Shown piece by piece: positions 51,201 to 60,324 of a stretch of 64,000 bases of DNA. Position 1 is the first letter of the stretch; each line of letters opens with the position of its first letter. The translations under genes and the position numbers were made by a program. Source of the stretch: an uncultured bacterium (GTDB lineage Bacteria; Verrucomicrobiota; Verrucomicrobiia; Limisphaerales; UBA8199). Location: contig CAVVMW010000023.1 of NCBI GenBank assembly GCA_963749495.1, positions 160,001 to 224,000 of the forward strand, written 5' to 3'. The notes beneath the pieces are model-generated. The model did no database searches. It had not been told where the DNA came from and saw only the letters and a list, made by a program, of their open reading frames with translations.

Positions 51201-51331
51201 GAGGCGCCGCCTGGTGAGACAATCACCGGCTGGCCCGAGGATGAGGCGGCCGCGCCGGCCGGCAGGGTGGGATTCAGAAACCACTGGCACACCAGGGCGC
51301 CAGCCGCCAAGAAGATGAAGCGTCGGCTCAT
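48287..51331 (-). CDS. Large secreted glycoside-hydrolase-like protein with an inserted malectin domain
   Basis: Signal peptide; GH20/67/89-like N-domain (G...GTLYGAY), putative TIM barrel, malectin motifs (LYQTVRY, V.LKF.E, G.R.FDV, LDI, INCGG). Confidence 0.78.
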   Translation of the reverse strand: MSRRFIFLAAGALVCQWFLNPTLPAGAAASSSGQPVIVSPGGASWMEQLAAREVRRYLYLRTGRVAAIVSEDDALRGKGEAILVARKGRAVLEGLGAEGPVAAAIQGLAPQGYYLKTLPRGLSRGAGAGRALLLVVGGDDAGTLYGAYRFAERLGARFYLHGDVVPDEQGSWQMPALDERAAPLFAVRGIQPFHDFPEGPDWWNRDDYLAILGQLAKLRMNFLGLHTYPEERPNAEPTVWIGLPGDIGQGGQVRFSYPSSYQNTLRGNWGYAPRKTGDYVFGSAGLFERDAFGPDVLGRWIPAPATVEASNEVFERTASMLREAFGFARRLGIKTCVGTETPLVVPKRVQERLKAQGRNPADAAVTQELYEGIFQRAGQAYPLDYYWFWTPEDWTWSNVSEEQVARTRGDLEAAIAAHKKVAPGFALATCGWVLGPQQDRAMFDKVLPKGVAVSCINREVGYTPVDAGFAEVNGRSKWAIPWLEDDPALTSPQLWAGRMRRDAADALRYGCDGLMGIHWRTRVLGPNIGALAQAAWEQSAWLDSYKPPLPPARSPHTPGAEGGAVAAFPNNPIADTTDAPLYQTVRYNLSAYHIPATNGLCKVTLKFCEPHYDAAGKRAFDVKLQGNTVITNLDIFGRVGKNRALDFTFEGVAVTNGWVDIQFVPRIEFPSIAALAVEGTGFATKINCGGPAYGDYAADMAAPAPQAVLPSTKDFYQDWALHQFGPGAGAGAAAIFERIDGRLPKPSVWIDGPGGIGPDGRAWEQARKDYAFVEEFAALRAQVKGAGNLERFDYWLNTFLYFRGIGELNCAWADYNRIIARVKQEKGAAEQQKLARQQALPARQKLVRLAGVVYEHLLATVSTPGELGTVANWNQHNLPGLLDKPGEELAKILGEPLPADAQPGREYRGPMRIIVPTLRTSLAANEALRLKVIVLSEAPPRQAALYWRKLGQRSFARLPLEHVERGVYTVELPPAANDDLEYYLQAEPTRGQGQPVRFPATAPRLNQTVVVTAR

Positions 51332-51383
51332 TGCGCCCCGACGCTACCAACCCGTGCGCAGCGGCTCAAGGCAGAAACATGGG

Positions 51384-51556
51384 GGGAAGCATCCGGACAC
51401 GGGCCCCGGAGTGCGCCCGTCCCCGGGCGCAGCAGCGACGGAGCGGGCAAGCGCGCTCGACTGTTTGACTGCTGCCCAGGCTCCGGACGTCGCTGCGCCC
51501 GGGGACGGGCGCACTCCGGCCCCCGACGGTGGGGGCGGTGTCGGGCGGGGGCGCCC
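51384..51556. repeat. REP element GGAGTGCGCCCGTCC family, copy 2, inverted
   Basis: Core 51408-51517; flank GGTGGGGGCGGTGTCGGG is the reverse complement of 44734-44751. Confidence 0.88.
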
Positions 51557-51672
51557 GAAAGATGGGTTGTTCCTATTTTTCCGCCATCTCATTTTTCTGC
51601 CAACTCCGGATTTCGGATTTGCAAAATTCTTGTGGCCAGATGCCGCTGCTTGTGCTAGACCCACTGGCACTT

Positions 51673-52959
51673 ATGAACAAACGCCTGCCGATGACCCGCC
51701 GGGACTTCCTCAAGACCTCGATCGCCACCGTCACCACGCTCACCCTGGTGCCCCGCCACGTGCTGGGTGGACCGGGCCAAACCCCGCCTAGCGAGGTCCT
51801 CACCAAGGCCGTCATCGGCGTCGGCGGCATGGGGCAGGGACATCTCCAATCCATTAACCCCACTTCAAAGCTCCTGGCGGTGTGCGATGTGGACGAAAAA
51901 CACATGCAGAACGGCCTCCGTATCGGCGGGCCGGATGTCAAGGGCTACCGGGACTTCCGCGAGGTCCTCGAGCGCAAGGACATTGACATCGTTCACATCC
52001 CGACGCCGCCGCACTGGCACGCGCTCATCTCGATCGCCGCCGCCAAGGCCGGCAAGGACATCTGGTGCGAAAAGCCCATGAGCCGCACCATCGGCGAGGG
52101 CGAGGCCGTCCGCGCCGCCGTGGCCCAGTACAACCGCATCTTCCGCCTCAACACCTGGTTCCGCTTCCAAGACAGCTTTTACGGCATGGGTGTGCGGGTC
52201 AAATTGATCAAAAAGGTCGTCCAGAGCGGGCTCCTGGGCTGGCCACTCAAGGTCACCATCGGCGGCACCACCGGCTTTGACTGGAAACAGGACCAATGGT
52301 GCGGCCGCACCGACCTGACCGAACAACCGGTCCCGCCGGAACTCGATTACAACTTCTGGCTCGGCCCCGCCCCCAAGAAACCCTACCACCCACACCGCGT
52401 CCACGCCACCTTCCGCGGCTACTGGGATTACGACGGCGGCGGCCTGGGCGACATGGGCCAGCACTACCTCGACCCCGTCCAGTACTTCCTCGGCAAAGAC
52501 AACGAGAGCCCCGTCCGCATCGAGGCCGACACCAACCCCCAGCATCCCGACGCCGTCCTGCCCTGGCGCCGCATCTCCCTCAAATACGCCGACGGCTGCG
52601 AACTCCTCCTCGACGGCGAAAACCGCGAAACCGGCGCCCGCTACCTCTCCGGGCCAAATGGCAAACTGGGCAAAAACCTCGAATCCGACATCCCCAACCT
52701 CGAAGACAAGATCAACGCCCTGCCCGACCCGGAACCCCAACTCACCGACTTCATCCAGGCCGTCAAGACCCGCAAGAAGTTCGCCCTCAACGAAATCAAC
52801 GGCCACCGCTCCTGCACCCTGGTCAACCTGGCCAAAATCGCCGTCCAGACCGGCCGCCCTCTCCGCTTCGACTCCACCACCCAGCGCTTCATCGACGACG
52901 ACAACGCCAATGCCTACATCCACCAGCCCATGCGCGCCCCCTGGAAGCTCCAGGTGTAG
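51673..52959 (+). CDS. Tat-exported Gfo/Idh/MocA oxidoreductase
   Basis: TRRDFLK, IGVGGMG, TPPHWH, CEKP, WLGPAP, DMGQH..D. Confidence 0.93.
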   Translation: MNKRLPMTRRDFLKTSIATVTTLTLVPRHVLGGPGQTPPSEVLTKAVIGVGGMGQGHLQSINPTSKLLAVCDVDEKHMQNGLRIGGPDVKGYRDFREVLERKDIDIVHIPTPPHWHALISIAAAKAGKDIWCEKPMSRTIGEGEAVRAAVAQYNRIFRLNTWFRFQDSFYGMGVRVKLIKKVVQSGLLGWPLKVTIGGTTGFDWKQDQWCGRTDLTEQPVPPELDYNFWLGPAPKKPYHPHRVHATFRGYWDYDGGGLGDMGQHYLDPVQYFLGKDNESPVRIEADTNPQHPDAVLPWRRISLKYADGCELLLDGENRETGARYLSGPNGKLGKNLESDIPNLEDKINALPDPEPQLTDFIQAVKTRKKFALNEINGHRSCTLVNLAKIAVQTGRPLRFDSTTQRFIDDDNANAYIHQPMRAPWKLQV

Positions 52960-53376
52960 CGAGTGCTCCCCTGCATTCCCGAAGCATCGCGCATCCCCAA
53001 TTGAGGCGCGCCCCGGTTTTTCCAGGGCGAAACTGCGTTTTGGTGGGGAATTCCTTGGATCTTGGCTGGTGCAGCTCTATGACTTGGCTCGAACTTTTTT
53101 CAAGGACAGCCTGCCGGTTTAGCTCCCTGGTGCCTTCTGAATTCTGCTCGAACCTTCTTCGATGAGAATCCCTCGTGAGCGGGTATCCCCACACCCTTCC
53201 CCACGGCGGGGAGGGGTGGAGGTCGTGGAATCACTCGGATTTGCCGTGGCGTCCCCGTGCTTCACCCCTGGGATTGCATCCCCGAGTTCGGTCGGTTTTG
53301 GCTCGCGCGGCGGCTGTCTTTTAGTGGATGCCCCGCTCGCCAAAACCTCCCTCATCACCTGTCGTTCACGCGACAA

Positions 53377-53469
53377 ACGGGTTTGACACGGGTTCACACA
53401 CGACGGGTTGGACGACGGGTAAAGGACACGATGTCCTTTAGAACACGGACGGGTTTGAACACGGTAAAC
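53377..53469. repeat. Cluster of short ACGGGT direct repeats around a TAAAGGACA/TGTCCTTTA palindrome
   Basis: Five ACGGGT copies and one ACGGT in 93 bp, followed by an AT-rich tract. Confidence 0.6.
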
Positions 53470-54006
53470 CTATTTGGAGCGTGAACCTCAGATCACCTGA
53501 TTGAGAATATCAGAGCCATGGGCACAGACTATTATATGTATCCCGACAAAAATACTCAACTTTACAGAGAATTCTCGAATTGGTGACGGGCCATCTTTGC
53601 CCCATGCAGCGGGCCGCTCACGCGGCAAAATTGTTTTCGGAGCACGAGTTAGCCCGACAGAGACTCGTGAGCTTTTTCGCCTTTCCGGTGTCTCTCCTCA
53701 CCCCCTCGACCCCCGCTCGTCGGGACCCGTCCAGGTTGAAAACTCCCGAGACTCTGTCGGGCTCCGGAAGTCGCGCGGGCGGTCGCTCCGACCAGGTGTG
53801 GATCGGAGCGACCACCCGCGCTCGACGGGTTCAAAACGACTGACGCCAGGGCGTCACGAGTATTCAACGCATTCGGCCACAGCCTTTAGTGGGGTGTTTC
53901 CCTGTGCAGGCCCCGACGGCGCTGGCTGGACGCGTTGCTTCTGCGCGCAACTTTGCGACAAAAGTATCCTGGAGTTACGGCTGTTTTTGTGGTACGCCTC
54001 CAAGGC

Positions 54007-54921
54007 GTGGCATCATTAAAAATCAATTTGAAAAACCTCAGTGAGCCCGTCACAAAGCTGATCAACGCGGTTTCTAAGGCGATCGGAACCGTTTATGAAC
54101 CAACACGAATAGTCAGGGAGGCCAAGGCTACAGCCGAGGCGAGCCTTATCCTGGCTCAGGGAGAAATCGAAAAACAGGAGCTACTCCTCCGAGCCGCTCA
54201 CCGCCTTGCGTTCGTTGAGACCCGCAGGCAACAGATCATTGAGGCCATAACGAACCAGGCCGTGGCAGCCCTCCCAAACGCGGTCAGCAAAGACCCGGTA
54301 TCGGAGGATTGGATGGTGCAGTTTTTCGACAACTGCAAGGATGTTGGAGAAACGGAACTGCAGGCGCTCTGGGCCAGAATCCTTGCGGGAGAGGTTACTC
54401 AGCCGCACTCCTTTTCCCGACGAACGCTGGGGACCCTTAAACTGATGCATCGTGACGAGGCCGTGTGGTTCACGGACCTCTGCTGTCTTGGCTTCAAAGG
54501 CGTGGACGCCGGTTCCTCCTTCTGCTTCGAGCAATCGGCGGGCAAGGCTCTTTACGCCAAGTACGGCCCCCTCGCCATTATGAGCCACCTCGTGACGATC
54601 GGGTTGCTGGCGCCTGAATGGCATACATTCCGGGTTTCCCAATTTAATGGTCTTGTCCTTGATTACTTGGGACAGCCCGTCACCTTCAGAGCGCCGCGTC
54701 CGCCGCCAAACAACCTGCTTGAGTATTTTGTTCAAATTAGACCCTTCAGCGGTGTCGGACTGGAATTGGCCAAAATCGTGTCCGCTCATCAAGCTCCAGG
54801 CTTTCTCGAGCAACTGGCAGCAGACCTAGCCCAGTTCAAAATCCAGATCGTTCCCGCGAGCAAAGAGTCTGGGCCGCCCTTGTCCCCAAACGGTCCCCCC
54901 GCCCCTTCTCAGTCCGTGTGA
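54007..54921 (+). CDS. DUF2806-like protein
   Basis: RRQ..IE.I...A, V.EDW...FFD.CKDV....LQ.LWARILAGEV..P.SFSRRTL..LK; GTG start inferred. Confidence 0.75.
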   Translation: MASLKINLKNLSEPVTKLINAVSKAIGTVYEPTRIVREAKATAEASLILAQGEIEKQELLLRAAHRLAFVETRRQQIIEAITNQAVAALPNAVSKDPVSEDWMVQFFDNCKDVGETELQALWARILAGEVTQPHSFSRRTLGTLKLMHRDEAVWFTDLCCLGFKGVDAGSSFCFEQSAGKALYAKYGPLAIMSHLVTIGLLAPEWHTFRVSQFNGLVLDYLGQPVTFRAPRPPPNNLLEYFVQIRPFSGVGLELAKIVSAHQAPGFLEQLAADLAQFKIQIVPASKESGPPLSPNGPPAPSQSV

Positions 54922-54967
54922 CCAACCTGAAGGCGTCTGGCGAAGGAAAAATTGACCCCGAAACCGC

Positions 54968-55079
54968 CCCTCGCTCGTTCGCCGCCGCCCTCTCTCCATT
55001 GTACCGTCCGGTCAAGGTCGTTCCAGCCCGTCCCGGTCGAGGACGTTCCACCGCGCTCGCCCAACCTTGACTTCGGACG
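54968..55079 (+). repeat. 112-bp structured direct repeat, copy 1
   Basis: Collinear with 59403-59514; stem GTCCG-GTCAAGG ... CCTTGAC-TT-CGGAC. Confidence 0.85.
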
Positions 55080-55158
55080 GTGCGTCCGAGAGTGCGGAAC
55101 GGCGCACGAGCCGCCGCCGCACAAAGGTCGAACGATTATCAACCAACTTCAAACGAAC

Positions 55159-55410
55159 ATGACCAAAGTCTGCGTTCTCCCCGCCAGCCGGCCGAAGCCG
55201 ATGTTCCCTTTGGGCGGCCTCTACCTCACGACCGCAGCGGCGGCAGCACTCAAACCCGAGACGATTGCCGCCGCCATCGCCCGCCACTCGCAAGGCGCCT
55301 CGGGGGGATGCTTGCGAAGGTGATCGGGGCCTCAACGAAGGAGCGCTTCAGAACGGCAGCCCGTTCCTCTCGGTTTACAGGCACGGCGCCGCCCTCTGGG
55401 CAATCACATG
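55159..55410 (+). pseudogene. Plasmid-related small protein, frameshifted and truncated
   Basis: FPLG....T..A..AL...IARH..G / GD.CE.DR.LNE.AL.NG...LSVY pattern recalled from small mobile-element proteins; C-terminus missing. Confidence 0.6.
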
Positions 55411-55488
55411 CTCGGCAAACTTCCTGGCGCCAGCCCGCTCCGCAAAAATTGTTCGCCAAATTGCCCAGTTCCCGCTTAACTATCGCTC

Positions 55489-58400
55489 ATGGCCGAAAGC
55501 GACATTCGCGTCCACGAAGTCACATTCTGCAGCCGGGTCTCAAAATGGGCGAACTCCGTCTTCCAGAGCCACCCGGAAATGCCCTTCAAGCGCACCGATA
55601 TCGAAGAATCGAAGGGCATCAAAAGAAAGCGGTCTGACCTCCGCGTTTACGACGCCGGCAACAGGCTGGTCCTCGCCGGAGAAGTCAAACTGCCCGGCAC
55701 ACCGGAGGGCCGCAACGCCTACAACTCCGCCCTCGTGGAGGACTCCTACCAGAAGGCCTCAAATGCCGGCGCCGAATTCTTCTTCACCTGGAACGTCAAC
55801 AAGTTCGTTCTCTTCGATTCCAAGCAATGGCAGAAGCCCATTATGGAACGGCGCCTGAAGGACTACGACCTTGGACTTGACCTCGACAGCCCCGAGGACG
55901 TTTCGCGTCCCGAGGTCGAGAGAGCAGGTACAGGAATTCTTGGCCCGCTTCTTCGCTGAATTCGAGGGCATCCTGGCCGGCCACCAGCCTGATTGGGGCA
56001 TGGCCCCCGATGAATTCTTCATCCGCGCTTTCGAAAGCCACATATCGTGGCCGGTCAAACTCACCGCCGAATTTCTCTGGGCCAGTTCTGCCGGCTCCAA
56101 AGCCTTTGATAATCTTTTGCAGGAATGGATGGCCAACGACCAGGGGTGGGCGGTTATCCGAAACGACCCCAAGACGTGGCGCTCACTGGTTGACCGCGCT
56201 GCCCGCACCTTGTGCTACGTTTTCGCCAACCGCCTCCTTTTTTACGAATCTGTCCGCACCAAGTTCGACAAACTCAAAGAGCTTCGCGTCCCACAAGAGG
56301 CGACGCCTCCGGAGAACCTCTACCTCCATTTCCAAGAGCTCTTCCAACTCGCCGTCGATGCGACCGGCGACTACGAAACGCTCTTTTATCCCGCCGAAAA
56401 AGACTGGGCCGGCCCTCATATCTTTGGCCATGAACACGCCTTGGATGCTTGGCGCTCCGTCCTCGAAAACCTCCGCCCTTTCGACTTCAAAGAAATCCGC
56501 ACCGACATTCTGGGCAGCATCTTCAAGCGCCTAATCGAACCTGCGGAACGCCACAAGTTCGGGCAGCACTACACCAACGAGGACCTGGTAGATGTCGTCA
56601 ACGCCTTCTGCATCCGCCGGGCCGAAGACACCGTCCTGGACCCTGCCTGCGGGTCTGGCAGTTTCCTCGTTCGTGCGTACCACCGCAAGGCCTGGCTCGA
56701 TCGCGACAGACGCCTTGCCCACCCTGCCGTTTCCCATCAGGACCGCCTGGCGCAGCTTTACGGCGCCGACATTTCTCTTTTCGCCGCCCATCTGTCCACG
56801 CTCAATCTCGCCGCCCGCGAGATTAACGATGAAGAAAATTATCCCCGAATTGCCCGCCGCAATTTCTTCGAGGTCCGGGCGGGCAAACCATTCTGCGAAT
56901 TGCCCCAGGGCCTTCGGGGCGAAAGGGAACGTGCCTCCATTCTCCTGCCCAAGCCCAACGCCATTGTCGGCAACCCGCCCTACGTCCGCCAGGAACTCAT
57001 TCCGCGCCGCAACGACAAGCCAAAACCCAAGGCCATGCAGGCCAAGGAGGATCTGGTCGAGCTCTGCTCCGAACTCTGGCCCGGCTTGCAACTCAGCGGC
57101 CGCAGCGACCTCCACTGCTATTTCTGGCCAGCCGCGGCGTACCACCTTCCTGACGGCGGTTGGCTCGGTTTTCTTGTCTCCTCCAGTTGGCTCGATGTCG
57201 AGTACGGTTTTGCACTCCAGGAGTGGCTGCTGACCAACTTCAAAATTCACGCAGTTCTCGAGAGCAACGCCGAGCCGTGGTTCGAAGATGCCCGCGTCAA
57301 AACCTGCGCGGTCATTTTACAGCGGTGCGCACATCACGCCGACCGCCATGCGCAGCTTGTGAAGTTCGTTCGTTTGAATGTCCCCCTGGCCACCATTCTG
57401 GGCGAGCGCAAGGACGAAAACGCTCGTCAGAAAAGCGGCGGAGGAATTTCGAGACATCATTCTGCGCTGTAAAAGGAGCAAAGCGCGCGATCATTTCCGA
57501 ATCGTTGTCAAAAGGCAAAAGGACCTTTGGGAAGACGGCTTGCGCGCCGGACGGCTCTTCGAGTTGCAGAAGCAGCGCGACCGGGCAGAAGGAATTAAAA
57601 TTGCTGCCGTGCTAGAGAGCGACGAGGGCGATGACGAGCACGGCAGGGATTTCGACGGAAGCGGGAATGGCATGCTCCACGACGGCGGCGGGCTCCTGTA
57701 CGGCTCGAGATACGGCGGCGGCAAGTGGGGTAAATATCTCCGCGCCCCCTACCTCTATTTCCAAATCATGGACCGTTACGGCAGCCGCTTCGTGCCTCTG
57801 GGCGAGATTGCGACGATTCGCTTTGGCGTCAAGAGCGGTTGTGACGCCTTCTTCATGCCCGAGGACGTCTCGGCCCAAATCCTCGACCACTACTCCAAAT
57901 CGGAATGGAACAACGCCCCGTTGCACGAGCACTGCAAACGCGCACAGGTCGAGTCGGGCGCGTTGAGGCTGGTAAAGGCTGGTGACTCCACAATACACCC
58001 CATCGAAGCCGAATACCTAAAGCCGGAGCTCCACAGCATGATGGCCATTCACTCGCCTCTCGTCAAGCCGGGCAACGTGGACTCCCAAGTCCTGATGGTA
58101 AGTCAATCCGAAGCCCAACTCAAGGGCACTTACGTTCTCAGGTACTTGCATTACGGGGAGACAAACCCGGTCACAACAAACAACAAGACGGATGCTCTGA
58201 CCGTCTCGATGCGGGCCACGTGTGCCAGCCGCCAGCCGTGGTACGATCTTGCGTACACCAGGCCAGGCCAACTTATCTGGGCCAAGGGACAACAATACCG
58301 GCATGTCGTCGTTTTCAACAAATACCGCGTCACCGCCAATTGTCGCCTCTACAATATCACGCTGCTTGACGAACTTTCGGACCTTGCCGATGTCGTTGCG

Positions 58401-59348
58401 GCTATTGCAAATTCCACACTCGCGGCTTACTTCAAGACTTTTTACGGACGCTACACCGGAACCGAGGGCAGTTTCGAGATGATGGTCATCGACCTGAATT
58501 TGCTCGAAATTCCCGACCCCCGACACGTCGCCAAACCTGTCGCCAGGGAACTACGGGACGCCCTTGATCAGCTTTGCACTCGCGACACCCAGCCCATGGT
58601 TGAAGAGCAATTCATGGAATGCCGCTCCTCGGAGCGCATCAAAAAGCTGGCCCAGAACCCAGTTGAGTTGCCGCAAGAGTTGAAGATGCCCGATCGCCGC
58701 GCGCTTGACATCGCTGTCTTTGAATTGCTCGGCGTCACCGGTGTTGCGGAGCGGGAAAAGCTCTGCGATCAACTTTACTACGAAACCGCAAACCACTTCC
58801 GGCAAATCCGCATCGTCGAAGTGCAGAAGCAGGAGCAGCGCGCCAGAGCCGAGGGTCGCGAATTTCGCACGGATGAACTCGCCGCCGATTTGTGGGACGG
58901 GCTGCCCGAGGATAAGAAGCAACCCCTGGCCCAGTGGATCGCCAGCCACGTAACCGACGGGCTTGCAGTCAACATCCCTGAGGGCCGACCGAGTTTGCCA
59001 GACGCCAACGATTTCTTGGATGCGAGCACGGTCTTTTTTAGCCACTCGCACGCCGGCAAGGTGGTCTCACAGCGGCTCCCTTTGCCCAGTCGCGCCCACG
59101 CCGAAACCATCTATCTGCTGACCCAACGCGGCATCCGCGGCCCAGTCGTCCTGCCCAGAACCGAAGAGGCCGGTCGGGCCCTGCAACCCAGCATTACCCA
59201 ACGCCTCGCTGCCGTCTCTGCCACGTCAGCCGAACTCTCCCGCAGCCGCACCGCTGACGAGAGGAAAGCCCTCGAACTCGCCCGCCTCCTCGAGTTCTGG
59301 ATGGTCCACGGCAAGCCGAGCAGGGCCGCCAAGCAGAAACATTCTTAG
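55489..59348 (+). CDS. Type IIG restriction-modification enzyme (nuclease - N6 MTase - TRD); frameshifts near 55925 and 57430
   Basis: SDL.VY...GEVK nuclease, GQHYT, LDPACGSGSF, VGNPPYVRQE, SSWLDVEYG, GGKW.KYLRAP...LGEIA.IRFG.KSG. Confidence 0.88.
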
Positions 59349-59402
59349 CTCCCGCGCAGATAACGGCCCTGGATCATCCGCCAGCAGATGCCCCCGAACT
59401 GG

Positions 59403-59514
59403 CCCTCGCCCGTTCGCGCCGGCCCTCTCTCCATTTTCCGGTCCGGTCAAGGTCGTTCCACCCCGGCCCGGGCGAGGGCGATCCACTGCGCTCGCCCAAA
59501 CTTGACTTCAGACG
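59403..59514 (+). repeat. 112-bp structured direct repeat, copy 2
   Basis: Collinear with 54968-55079. Confidence 0.85.
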
Positions 59515-59608
59515 CTCGTGATCCGCAAGGGGCAAAGCCGCCGTCGCGGTTTCCCCGCACAAGCTCAATAGTCCAGAGTTTGATTACCAGCCATTATATC
59601 ACAATAAC

Positions 59609-59815
59609 ATGCCATTAGACAGCAAAGACCTCGAACGAATCGAGCGCATTATTCACAAGAACGGCGACGACATCGCCGTATGCTACGAGAGAGGACTGGA
59701 GCGCGTGGAAGAACGCATAGACGGAATGAAAACCCGCATCTATGGTCGCCTCGCGGAACTCGAGGACAAACTCGAATCGCGAAACGCGAACTACAGAGAA
59801 TCTCTGGACGAATAA
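59609..59815 (+). CDS. Small coiled-coil hypothetical protein
   Basis: Clean ATG after an AT-rich leader, heptad pattern, followed by a terminator. Confidence 0.7.
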   Translation: MPLDSKDLERIERIIHKNGDDIAVCYERGLERVEERIDGMKTRIYGRLAELEDKLESRNANYRESLDE

Positions 59816-59830
59816 TCGTTCGAGTCGGAA

Positions 59831-59858
59831 GAACCCCGCCCAAAAAGCGGGGTTTTTC
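59831..59858 (+). terminator. Rho-independent terminator
   Basis: AACCCCGC-CCAAAAA-GCGGGGTT followed by TTT. Confidence 0.75.
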
Positions 59859-59988
59859 CGTGCCAGTCAGAGTGGCGACGAGGGGCGCTTCCCCGATCCC
59901 CCTACCCCCTGCCGGACGCCTCCCCCAGGGGGGATCATCAGAAGCCCCTTTGATTACCAGGAGCCCTCGAATTTCGAACCCACCCTCA

Positions 59989-60059
59989 TTGGCGCTTGGG
60001 CCGTTCTGGTGCTATAATGCCATTGCCTGAATCGAATCAGTAACACTTATTAGTGTTAC
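59989..60059 (+). promoter_or_regulatory. Sigma-70 promoter (extended -10) with a downstream operator-like palindrome
   Basis: TTGGCG-N18-TATAAT with TG (TGCTATAAT, 60010-60018); GTAACACT-TATT-AGTGTTAC at 60040-60059. Confidence 0.6.
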
Positions 60060-60096
60060 GAATCCTGCAGGGTGAAGGACATCAAGATGATTTACC

Positions 60097-60300
60097 TTGC
60101 GTAGCGACCCGAAGTCGTTACGATTCATCAACTTTATGAGCACCGCGCTAATGCACATGATGACAGCGACAGACGAGCTCCAGCGGGAGCCGGGTGAAAT
60201 GTGCCCTCAGGAAATTCCAGCGCTCCCCGAAGCCCGTTTCGTCACCGTTGGGAAACTGGAAGAATTCCGCAAATCAGCGGCCCGCCTCCGCGCAGCGTGA
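60097..60300 (+). CDS. Small hypothetical protein
   Basis: ORF between the promoter and the purD-like gene; start uncertain (out-of-frame ATG at 60087 follows an RBS-like GAAGGA). Confidence 0.35.
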   Translation: MRSDPKSLRFINFMSTALMHMMTATDELQREPGEMCPQEIPALPEARFVTVGKLEEFRKSAARLRAA

Positions 60301-60324
60301 ACCCGAATTTCTTCCCGAATCACC

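Noticed and set aside
52250..52959. Very C-rich, G-poor stretch as foreign or repetitive DNA
   Set aside because: Explained by C-ending codons in an intact oxidoreductase gene
60036..60062. dif/Xer site
   Set aside because: A perfect 8-4-8 palindrome rather than 11-6-11 XerC/XerD arms; an operator fits better
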